Shown: positions 27,501 through 33,786, counted from the first letter of the stretch. The stretch is 64,000 nt of DNA from an uncultured Dehalococcoidia bacterium (GCA_951812625.1 CATOSP010000002.1:720880-784879); one strand, 5' to 3'. The notes: generated from the sequence alone by a model not told the origin. A program made the numbers and translations.

Positions 27501-29156
27501 GTCGCGGAAGACGTGGCCACACCGGAATCAGAGGCCGTAACTGAACCTTCCCCGGTCCAGGATTACCCCGCAGAGCCGGAGACGGCGGCGGTCGCGGCAG
27601 ACGACGCCCAAGTTGAGCCGGTGACGGAACGACCACCTAGCGTAGAGCCTGAAAAGAAGCAGTCCAGCGTGATGGGGCTGCATATAACGCGGAACCCCGA
27701 CGGCACCTGGGGTTTTGCCGGTTCGATTCCCGATGAGTTGGCTTTCCGGCAGTATGACGGGTCTCCGCTTACAGAAGAACAAGCTGCAAGCGTGCAAGAA
27801 ACCTCACCTCTCAGTGTTCCCGGAGTGCGTATTGCCAAGTTCGAGACGGAAGCGGAAGCACTGGCCGCTGCCAGTGACGCGGGTTATGCGGAGGTATGGC
27901 GCAGCGGGGACATAGTATCAACCACGCCAGATACTCCACCGCCCTCCGAGAGACAGTTGGGCAAACTACCTCCGGCAAGCCTGACTGAGGAACAGAAGCT
28001 CGCCTTCTATCGCGGGGATATATACCCGGTCGTAACGCCCAGACGGGGAGACCCCGACGCTGTCGTGATGGACCCAGCAGATGAATCCTGGCTGGAAGCC
28101 GTCAGCCTCAAATACAAGGGGGTTCTGGATCGGCCCGACTCCAAATCGGTAGATGTCGGTAGGGCTCTGTCCTGGTTCCACAGGGCGGGAATTGACCATA
28201 GCGAGATTCCCAGCTACCAAGACCATGCCCCTTCAGAAGTGGAGAAAGATGCCCGTACTCAAGACGAAAGGCGGGAATCCCCGGAACCAACCGAGTCCGA
28301 GACCGAAGAACTGGTTGAGCAGGTAATGGCGGTCAAGGACGATGGGCATATCAGCCCGGAAGAGGCCGAGGACACCGCCAGCGCAGCGGGCAAGCTGTTG
28401 CAGAAGGCCGAGGAAGAAACCCCTGACCCGCCCAGCGTCACCCGGACGTATGAGAACGCCAGGGAACTCGATGCCCTGCTTGAAGAGCTGTGCGACGACC
28501 CCGAAGAACTGGCCGCGCTCCGGGAAAGAGTTGCCCAGGCCCAGGCCCGCTCCGAACATCAGGCGCGGGCCAAGGGAGAGGAACCCGACGAAGTACCGGC
28601 TGAAGTCCGCCGTGTCGCTGGCGAGATTCTCGCCGCCAAGGAACAGGCCACACCGGACGGACCGAAGGAGAAGGGCAGACCTCGCCGGGTGCGGGAAGAA
28701 GATGCGGAACTCCTGGCACGGGTAGAGGAGGAATGCGACGAAGACACCCTGGCACAGGGGCAAGAGCAAGCCGATGGGCAGAACGGCAAAGCCCCTCTGC
28801 CCATGAGGAAGCCGAAGGCCCGGACCGGCGGCGACGAGAGCAAGGACCGGGAACAGGACCAGGACAAAGAACCTGTACCTGTGCTGGCCAAGAAGCCGAT
28901 AACGCCCATCAAGGAACGCTGCCCGGAGGAACGGGAGAACATCCGCAAGGAGCTACAGCGAGAAATAGCCGTGGCTGATGCGTCTGCCGAGACCGCTGAA
29001 AGGCGTAGGCGCGTCAAGGGCCATAAGGGGAGCGTGGGCATTGTCTCTCCAGCTCCAGGCCCCGGACGCATCGGCGGCAAGGTCAAGAGGACCAGGTACG
29101 GCAACCGTACCACGGCAGACCGCTTCATGCGGACCCGCAAGGTCAAGTCGCGCTGA
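21501..29156 (+). CDS. giant 'polyvalent' protein: N-terminal N6-adenine DNA methyltransferase fused to SF2 (SNF2/DEAD-like) helicase, long repeat-rich C-terminal extension
   Basis: AGGAGG RBS at 21491-21496. MTase motif I VLEPSAGSGRF (~21873-21905) and motif IV SNVPFG (22071-22088). Helicase motif I GFGKTA (23891-23908), motif II DEAD (24393-24404), motif III-like FATGTPISN, and motif VI QREGRIIRQGN (25536-25568). E/P/A-rich 30-aa repeats follow. The C-terminus ends GNRTTADRFMRTRKVKSR. Confidence 0.92.
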   Translation: MPDYVATGTELPQTAIARWDANIDAIRVLKRLQAEGRAATPEEQKVLAKYSGFGDSAYEQAFAYYQRDSAWKKRKEELEELVTPEEHDAIKRSRLNAFYTTPEVIRSMWSGLRDLGADKLPRPKVLEPSAGSGRFLAYQPRDMAASSERTAVELDNLTAGLLKGQFPDATVYNVGFEAAPVPDGHFDIAVSNVPFGNYGVHDPEYLAEGKNYLTGSIHNYFFAKSMDKLRPGGVLAFITTHHTMDAPKARKVREYLADKADLVGAVRLPEDAFPDTEVVTDIIYLRKRAPGEPPGDRTWVSTQPLEVPDARGGTHTHSVNSYYLQNPDMVLGRQTAEGTMYAGQSYTVKHDPDSAPVPDKLAAATSRVSASPLKLDPATAAAPSSGQRRSRAAGHQETVNVWAERVEAETGDTERPRRLAELANTTRRLLNAEKGRIDDDPEQIRAELNSQYQDYVDAHKRLNHKSNRDLLKGMVDESLLMALENHDPDTKKWERSSIFSRRLARDNPERHVTNAADAMSVVLNESGALDFERMGQLLGQDASAVRNSLAKDRLIFRNPMGSWETANEYLTGRVRDKLEVARRVAGNNPAFQVNVAALEQVQPEPVPASDIETPLGAPWIPDDVVNDWVKQNLASSRFGQPDRWFRYNPESGEWGYNKKVSGYEAVMRSQWGTEGMAADKILEAVLKGTPISVTMPNPDGEGRVRDPAATEAAQQKARQMQDSFSEWIWQDADREERLVKRYNELHNSTRPRVFDGSHLTFPGMSPKWAERMRQRQHQMDASFRVVSDGTALLAHEVGFGKTAVMISSAMERQRLGLIDKPVFVVPKATHEQFASDFREMYPGATLLAPSPSEFSKKNREAFLNRAATGDWDGVVLTTNQFQSIPVKPETEARWVEAQIADLEAALSAANEENETSRESQTQKQIQKKLEREQKRLKDLRAQISAGADKGVVYFEDLGIDQLYVDEADQYKNLPFATKMGQVKGLPNSESKRAWDMFLKTQHIQGLAESQSGSYAGRGGVVFAARPSDFADNGVVFATGTPISNTIAEAWTMMRYLQLPELRRQGLQHFDAWAKTYGKITMGMEQTPQGKYRNTQRFAKFVNLPELSRLFQNVADVRVASEVPEMVAVRPRLVDARGNPKRTGIKAPNYPFLEAYMEHLRDRVDKLPEKQPEEDNMLLISSDARKASLDIRMVWPEAEPNPNGKVQLAASKIAEIHKAEEADKGTQLVFLDLGTPKASDKPKEGDDDSEEEGGEGLTAEESKIVNNVYGILKRELVRRGVPEKDIAFVQDHKTRDARKKLFDNVRSGDVRVLIGSTETVGVGVNVQDRAAALHHLDVPWRPRDIEQREGRIIRQGNKVYGPRIEEETGEVVNPGRGVQIYQYVQEGSFDEFMWQAVEVKGQAVKALMKRNITARSMDDADPLVLSAAEAKALASGNPMVLRAEQIKNQINTLRLERAAHRNQQENARGQIRRLETMIEAHRERLPILEVDAQHALENDGEDKLRVSGQPIEKRADAGKAIETRLSRLNVGDVTGIGTYKGFDVSAANSDRGYQLAVTNPATKIPYSSAYIEEVNPAGLMSRLDNLVNGIPRSLESSRDLLNQHETSLELYREQAGKPFEGTPELAKKERHLAYVQALLSDAKDAVRPPDFDEDPSGTVEYDTPELEAETAAPGPAATQPGPETVAVAEAPVAGPSPVDDAPAQPETAAVAADVATPEPEAVAEPSPVDDAPAEPETAAVAADVATPEPEAVAEPSPVDDAPAEPETAAAAEAVAQQEPETVAEPSPVDDYPAEPETAAVAEAVAQQEPETVAEPSPVDDYPAQPETAAVAEDAPARSQENTAPYIPPYDPAIDDAPVSPEQEEAERLARDTRLAAMREEKRANNEQLKEWALGKLAQGQDLLFQTEGIGPAVILRAKVVADWQSKGHQPILVGSEGNLRILGGQRQGRPKYDTVLSGGIVSGDGQHMIINKPMPETPEPSGEVAEPTPIEEAKVQTETAAVAEDVATPESEAVTEPSPVQDYPAEPETAAVAADDAQVEPVTERPPSVEPEKKQSSVMGLHITRNPDGTWGFAGSIPDELAFRQYDGSPLTEEQAASVQETSPLSVPGVRIAKFETEAEALAAASDAGYAEVWRSGDIVSTTPDTPPPSERQLGKLPPASLTEEQKLAFYRGDIYPVVTPRRGDPDAVVMDPADESWLEAVSLKYKGVLDRPDSKSVDVGRALSWFHRAGIDHSEIPSYQDHAPSEVEKDARTQDERRESPEPTESETEELVEQVMAVKDDGHISPEEAEDTASAAGKLLQKAEEETPDPPSVTRTYENARELDALLEELCDDPEELAALRERVAQAQARSEHQARAKGEEPDEVPAEVRRVAGEILAAKEQATPDGPKEKGRPRRVREEDAELLARVEEECDEDTLAQGQEQADGQNGKAPLPMRKPKARTGGDESKDREQDQDKEPVPVLAKKPITPIKERCPEERENIRKELQREIAVADASAETAERRRRVKGHKGSVGIVSPAPGPGRIGGKVKRTRYGNRTTADRFMRTRKVKSR
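26577..27000 (+). repeat. ~5 tandem copies of a 90-bp unit (30-aa EPSPVDDAPAEPETAAVAADVATPEPEAVA repeat) in the polyvalent protein
   Basis: The string gaaccttccccggtcgatgat recurs at 26667, 26757, 26847 and 26937 (exact 90-bp period), with a first variant copy at ~26577. A diverged extra copy lies at ~27540-27600. Confidence 0.9.
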
Positions 29157-29169
29157 ATTGGAGGACAGG

Positions 29170-29742
29170 ATGAACAAGACGAACGCGCTCAAACAGAAGC
29201 AGTACGAGAAACCGCCGGGCATGGCTATAGACCCGGCCGATAGCTGCACCGCAACCATCGAGACCAGTCTTGGCGATATGGTGTTGCAGCTCTGGCCCGT
29301 GACGGCCCCCGTCACGGTCAACAACTTCGTCTTCCTGGCCAGGGACGGGTTCTACGACGACAGTTGCTTTCACCGGGTAATCCGGGGATTCATGGTCCAG
29401 GGCGGCTGTCCTGAGAGGACAGGACGGGGAGGGCCTGGCTACAGCTTTCAGGACGAACCCGTAACCCAGCCCTACACCAAGGGAGTGCTGGCTATGGCCA
29501 ACTCCGGTCCCAACACCAACGGAAGCCAGTTCTTCATCGTCCACGCGCCGGAGGTGGAGCTGCCGCCCAAGTACAGCATCTTCGGGAACCTGGTCTCCGG
29601 GGAAGATGTGCTGGACGCCCTGGCCGGATCGCCGGTCACCGCAGGGGCCGGAGGGGAGAGGTCCAGGCCCACGGACTGGCTGGTGATCCGCACGGTCAGA
29701 ATCTCGGAATCTGGGGAAACGGCGGAAGCGCCGGAGGAGTAG
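29170..29742 (+). CDS. cyclophilin-type peptidyl-prolyl cis-trans isomerase
   Basis: GGAGGA RBS before ATG 29170; the listed start 28978 lies inside the upstream gene. Cyclophilin signatures are present: FHRVIRGFMVQGGCP and GVLAMANSGPNTNGSQFFIV. Confidence 0.92.
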   Translation: MNKTNALKQKQYEKPPGMAIDPADSCTATIETSLGDMVLQLWPVTAPVTVNNFVFLARDGFYDDSCFHRVIRGFMVQGGCPERTGRGGPGYSFQDEPVTQPYTKGVLAMANSGPNTNGSQFFIVHAPEVELPPKYSIFGNLVSGEDVLDALAGSPVTAGAGGERSRPTDWLVIRTVRISESGETAEAPEE

Positions 29743-29745
29743 CCC

Positions 29746-31056
29746 ATGCCCGTCTTGGCCGTAACCCCCGACATACTCCGCCAGGGGAGGCAGGACCTGG
29801 ACGCCGCCTTTGGCATTACCGGCACGGCGGACGTGCGCTACGGCCCGCCCCAGCCGCCCCTGGAGGAACTGCACGGCAACACCTTCACCCCCGACATGGT
29901 CGGGGATATGGGGAAGGACCCCTTTGACGACGACGATTTCTCAATCGACCAGCGAGTGAAGGCAGCCCAATACCTGCTGGCCTGCTACGACGCCAACCGG
30001 GAGAGGCCGGTGTACCCGCCGATCTGGTTCACCCCCGGCCTGTATATCCTGTCCGGCGACGTGGGAGACGGCAAGACTCTGACCGCCGTTTCCGTGGCCG
30101 TCAAGTTTATGATGTGCGGCTGGCCCGCCTACTCCGCCAACGGCGGTCTCCTGTTCGGCAAGATGCTGGAGGATGCCCAGGTCTACGCCTTCCCGGAGTT
30201 CCTGTCCCGTGGCAGCGTCTGTGTGGCGGATGAAATACACGCCATCTACGGGCGCTATGAGGGCCAGACCGTCCGGGGCCGGACGATGGCCCAGGCCACC
30301 GCATCCTTCCGCAAGGAACGAATCTACGCCTTCGGCGCGACGGCCAGGGAACACCTGTTGGGACAGGACCTGAAGGCGGCGGTCAGGGGCGTTGGCTACC
30401 CCTTCCGCACCTATCCCAATGGAAAGCCCATTGCGCCGCCCTGGGCCTACCGGGGCATAAGCTGGTACTACCCCGACCCCTGGCGCGGCACACAGTACCG
30501 GGAAATCCACGACAAGGAAGAAAGCCACCGCGAGCCCTGCCGGAAGTACGTCGCTGAACTTCATGCTTACGACCTCTACACCGCCGCCAAGCACTACAAC
30601 TCCTGGGAGAAGATCACCCTGGACTTCGGCGGCAAGCTGGGGGCCGGTAAGTTCCGGGACGCGATCTCCGGAGACGGGGAGAGTGGTGAAACCGAGGGAG
30701 ACCGCCCGCGAACTCCCTGGGCTTCTTCGCGGCGCGGGCCTAGCGATGAAGCCGTCGGGCTGACGGTCTTGAGCTGGTACGAGGATGGCCACTTCAACGC
30801 GGAGGTCGAGGCGTACAACAGCGCCATCAGCGCAGCCCGCACCACCGAAAGGGGCGATATGCTCATATCCCTGAAGGACCTCGCCGAGCGGTTCACCCAT
30901 ACTACCGGGGTCAAGACCACTGTTGCCCGGATGAAGCGGGGGCTTGACGCTGCCGGGATCGAGTATTCGTACCGCAGCTTGAACGTGGAAGCCCTGGAAA
31001 CGGCGCTCAGGGACAGGGAGCAGACCCTACAGGACAGCTTCGCAGGCGGTGAGTGA
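29746..31056 (+). CDS. P-loop NTPase (Walker A/B), possibly Zot/pI-like; function unknown
   Basis: Begins 3 nt after the PPIase stop. Walker A GDVGDGKT (30055-30078) and Walker B VCVADEIH (Asp-Glu at 30229-30234). No TM helix. The remainder is unrecognised. Confidence 0.7.
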   Translation: MPVLAVTPDILRQGRQDLDAAFGITGTADVRYGPPQPPLEELHGNTFTPDMVGDMGKDPFDDDDFSIDQRVKAAQYLLACYDANRERPVYPPIWFTPGLYILSGDVGDGKTLTAVSVAVKFMMCGWPAYSANGGLLFGKMLEDAQVYAFPEFLSRGSVCVADEIHAIYGRYEGQTVRGRTMAQATASFRKERIYAFGATAREHLLGQDLKAAVRGVGYPFRTYPNGKPIAPPWAYRGISWYYPDPWRGTQYREIHDKEESHREPCRKYVAELHAYDLYTAAKHYNSWEKITLDFGGKLGAGKFRDAISGDGESGETEGDRPRTPWASSRRGPSDEAVGLTVLSWYEDGHFNAEVEAYNSAISAARTTERGDMLISLKDLAERFTHTTGVKTTVARMKRGLDAAGIEYSYRSLNVEALETALRDREQTLQDSFAGGE

Positions 31057-31057
31057 G

Positions 31058-31228
31058 ATGCGGTGCGGCAGGTGCGACAAGGTGGTCCCGAAAACGGTAA
31101 ACTTCTGTGCCTACTGCGGGGAAGAAACCAGGAGGAGGGTTAGGCCCGATGAAACGCTGCCCCAGGTGCAAGCTCTGGCTCACCGTCCGGGAAGTCTCCA
31201 TTCACCAGTCACTCGGCTGCAAGGCTAA
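31058..31228 (+). CDS. small zinc-ribbon protein (56 aa), tentative
   Basis: ATG lies 1 nt after the upstream stop. MRCGRCDKVVPKTVNFCAYCGEE carries a CxxC-x11-CxxC motif. It is below the ORF-track length cut-off. An overlapping alternative mini-ORF 31149..31250 (MKRCPRCKLW...) also exists. Confidence 0.35.
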   Translation: MRCGRCDKVVPKTVNFCAYCGEETRRRVRPDETLPQVQALAHRPGSLHSPVTRLQG

Positions 31229-31292
31229 GGAAGCGGCCCGTCATGGGTAATGCGGTGCCCATAGCCGAGGGAGTAACGAAGGGGGTGTCCGT

Positions 31293-32078
31293 TTGAGTAC
31301 ACCGGGAGAGATCGCAGTAGAGCAGCAGTTCGCACAGGTCGTGTCCTATCTGGACTCCGGTTACTCACGTCAACAGATGATTGACCTGTTGGTGGAATCG
31401 GGCCTGGAGCGTGAATCGGCTGCCCTGTTTGTGCGTACAGCACACGCGGCCGTGATGCACGAGCGCAGGGTGAGGGGCGCGCGAATGTTCCTCGGGGGCG
31501 TCGGATTAGCCTTGCTGGGCGGTTTGGTCACGCTGGGCGCATGGTTTTGGGCTGGGCCGGGGGGGACCTACATCGTCACTTACGGGTTGATCATAGTGGG
31601 CGCACTGTACGCCCTGTGGGGCGTGTTCAAGACCCTGATTAGCTACAGCGGGATCGTATCGGCCCTCAAGTGGCTGACAGCCTACGCGGTGGTGATAACG
31701 CTGCTGGTATTGGGAGGCGCGGTCGTACTCAACAAGACAATCAATGCTCCGCTGCCGGACGTGCCCGACGATTCCAAGGTCAAATGGGAACAACACGAGC
31801 TGGGCATCCCTCCGGGAGGGTTGCGGGCAGGCGGGGCGGTCACGATCAGCGGGGAAGTCACGAACCTGGACGATCTGTGGTACATAGACGACGCCGTTAT
31901 CCGGCTGACAGAGGTAGACAGGACTGGAGGGACGTTGGTGAACTCCAGGAAGGAAATTCCGGTCACGCCGGACAGCATCGCGCCTGGTGAAAGTGGTGTC
32001 TACTCGTTGCGTCTCACCCCACGAGAGCGGACCACCGGATTTGACACCGAAATAATCTGGTCGTGGGCCATGCGCTGA
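31293..32078 (+). CDS. membrane protein (3-4 TM helices) with C-terminal beta-rich extracytoplasmic domain
   Basis: TTG start with an AAGGGGG RBS 6 nt upstream. TM helices LGGVGLALLGGLVTLGAWFWA, YGLIIVGALYALWGVF and LTAYAVVITLLVLGGAVVL. Confidence 0.6.
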   Translation: MSTPGEIAVEQQFAQVVSYLDSGYSRQQMIDLLVESGLERESAALFVRTAHAAVMHERRVRGARMFLGGVGLALLGGLVTLGAWFWAGPGGTYIVTYGLIIVGALYALWGVFKTLISYSGIVSALKWLTAYAVVITLLVLGGAVVLNKTINAPLPDVPDDSKVKWEQHELGIPPGGLRAGGAVTISGEVTNLDDLWYIDDAVIRLTEVDRTGGTLVNSRKEIPVTPDSIAPGESGVYSLRLTPRERTTGFDTEIIWSWAMR

Positions 32079-32316
32079 TGGTGCGGAATGTACCAGTGCT
32101 GGGCCTCCGGAGCGGATCCGCGGACTCCCATAATGTACCAGTCCCATGCCCAGGACCTGAACGATTAGCCCCTCGATGTGAGCGGCCGCATGGATCAATG
32201 TACCCATAACCTGCACCAAGCCGACGTGACCGGCGGCAAATGAATGGCCATTTGGGAATAGCAGGGGCCATCGACGTGGCTGAGGGAATCTGCAAGTTCA
32301 CTCATAGGGGGAGACG

Positions 32317-32706
32317 ATGTACCTCGGGCCTAGCGGCGAACAGACGGAACGCACCGCCCTTACCCCGGAAATGACAAACGGGTTAATTGCCCTTGGCGTC
32401 GTTCTGCTGGTGCTCATAATCATCGTCACAGTGTCGAACTTCATCGCTGAGAATAAGAGCCGCGCCGGGCAGGGCCGTCAAACACGGCTACGGTCCCGAC
32501 GCCAGGGGCGGACGGCCCGAACTGACAGCGGCACAGTTCCTCGGCCTGAAGACGCTCGAGTACGAGGCCATGCGGCAACAGAGGGATTCCGACGCCGAGT
32601 TAGCTGCCGAAATGGAGGCCGGTATCGGGCGGGGGACTCTCGAAGAGCGGGTTGCCCGCCTGGAACGCGAGCAACGGGCCGACCAGGACGACGATGCTTC
32701 CAGTAG
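32317..32706 (+). CDS. small membrane-anchored protein, probably frame-disrupted after ~50 codons
   Basis: GGGGGAG RBS before ATG 32317, and a TM helix LIALGVVLLVLIIIVTV. After ~32460 this frame turns Arg-rich. A protein-like reading (KHGYGPDARGGRPELTAAQFLGLKTLEYEAMRQQRDSDAELAAEMEAG...) continues one base out of frame to 32752. Confidence 0.3.
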   Translation: MYLGPSGEQTERTALTPEMTNGLIALGVVLLVLIIIVTVSNFIAENKSRAGQGRQTRLRSRRQGRTARTDSGTVPRPEDARVRGHAATEGFRRRVSCRNGGRYRAGDSRRAGCPPGTRATGRPGRRCFQ

Positions 32707-32999
32707 TGGTCTGGGCCGGGTTGGTCACCGTTGTCATGGCGGGTATGGCTAAGACACTTGGCAAGAGGGGGGAAGCCCCGCCGCGATGCTTGGATTTAGG
32801 GTTAGCATTTGCCTTGATGTGGATGGCGGGGCTGTCCATAACCGGCGATCTCGTCCAGGTATTCCCTGGAGTCGTTTCCGTGGGCCTTCCCGGACGGTTG
32901 TTGGAGTGGCTGTCCACCTTCGGTGCGACAGAGGCCCTGCCAGTGGCCGCTGTGGTGGGGGCAATACACCAAGGATTGAAGCTCCGGCTTGACTACTGA
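32694..32999 (+). CDS. small membrane protein (about 3 TM helices)
   Basis: ATG 32694 lies within ORF 32652..32999. Helices VVVWAGLVTVVMAGMA, LGLAFALMWMAGLSI and LPVAAVVGAI. Confidence 0.45.
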   Translation: MLPVVVWAGLVTVVMAGMAKTLGKRGEAPPRCLDLGLAFALMWMAGLSITGDLVQVFPGVVSVGLPGRLLEWLSTFGATEALPVAAVVGAIHQGLKLRLDY

Positions 33000-33180
33000 T
33001 GACGTGGAGGGAGCGTGACAGATAGCGACTGGCCATCAAACCCTTGACCGCAATTGTCTCCACTTCCCCGTTGTCTCCAGGGTTGATTACCACCCGGTCC
33101 AGCTACGAAAACGCGGCCCTGGGCGGAGTGGCAATCAACCAGATGTTTGATTACCATCTTGTGAGAACCGAGCCCTTATG

Positions 33181-33384
33181 TCAGGGCGCAGACCTCTGCT
33201 CTGCCCGTTGCTTCCGCTCGGCAATGGCTTGGCCGACTTTGGTGCCGACTACGCTCCCCAGCCCTCCACCTATGACCCCGCCGATGGCACCAGATATGAC
33301 GCTGAATCCCCCAAGTGCGATTCCGGCGACCACAGCGCCGATGATGATTCCGATTGCGATTCCAACCCATCTTCCGACCTTCAT
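33181..33384 (-). CDS. glycine-zipper small membrane protein (67 aa)
   Basis: AGGAGGG RBS 5 nt upstream of the ATG on the minus strand. GxxxG-rich helices (GIAIGIIIGAVVAGIALGG, GAIGGVIGGGLGSVVG) are typical of the glycine-zipper membrane protein class. Confidence 0.7.
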   Translation of the reverse strand: MKVGRWVGIAIGIIIGAVVAGIALGGFSVISGAIGGVIGGGLGSVVGTKVGQAIAERKQRAEQRSAP

Positions 33385-33509
33385 AATGCCCTCCTACTGG
33401 CAATATAACACCTGTTTTGTTACCACTCCACCTCGGGCCTCGCTGTGCATCAGCCGGTACACTTACTTCAGCCTTCCCACATATGTGAGCCTAATAATCA
33501 GGAAGGCGA

Positions 33510-33538
33510 TTGACACTATTCACCATTCCGACTACCAT
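33510..33538 (+). promoter_or_regulatory. sigma70-like promoter candidate (TTGACA-N17-TACCAT)
   Basis: A perfect -35 TTGACA at 33510-33515, a 17-nt spacer, then TACCAT at 33533-33538 (GATAAT follows immediately). It lies in an AT-rich intergenic region upstream of gene 33787. Confidence 0.3.
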
Positions 33539-33631
33539 GATAATGAACATCAATCTCACCCATAGTAACGAACACAGATTGTCTTCGGTCTGACGTATGC
33601 CGATACCGGAATCTAGTCGTCAGACTATCGG

Positions 33632-33659
33632 TTGTCTTCCAGACTAGCCCTTGTATAAT
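33632..33659 (+). promoter_or_regulatory. sigma70-like promoter candidate (TTGTCT-N16-TATAAT)
   Basis: A perfect TATAAT at 33654-33659 preceded by TG, with TTGTCT at 33632-33637. It lies ~130 nt upstream of ATG 33787. A nearby 8-bp inverted repeat gtctgacg/cgtcagac could be an operator. Confidence 0.35.
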
Positions 33660-33786
33660 GGTGCGTGTCCCAGAAACTCCGGAGAGTTGAGCATAAAGGG
33701 CTACTGTCGCAGTCAGTATCCGGTAGTGCAATTCATTCATATCCCGGTGAGAAGCCCACAGAGAATGCAAGAAGGGTGCAATCCTC

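Noticed and set aside
21501-29156. Interpreting the MTase-helicase as part of a BREX or DISARM defence system.
   Set aside because: None of the obligatory partners is recognisable nearby: PglZ or BrxC-type ATPase for BREX, and DUF1998 or PLD-nuclease genes for DISARM. The single-polypeptide fusion with a long tail fits the phage and conjugative-element polyvalent class better.
31506-32219. 237-aa minus-strand ORF overlapping gene 31293..32078.
   Set aside because: It is almost entirely antisense to a plus-strand ORF with clear TM helices and an RBS. It has no recognisable features.
33044-33565. 173-aa plus-strand ORF overlapping the glycine-zipper gene.
   Set aside because: It is antisense to a minus-strand ORF with a strong RBS and a recognisable glycine-zipper pattern. 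Its own sequence is Pro/Thr/Ser-rich with no start context.
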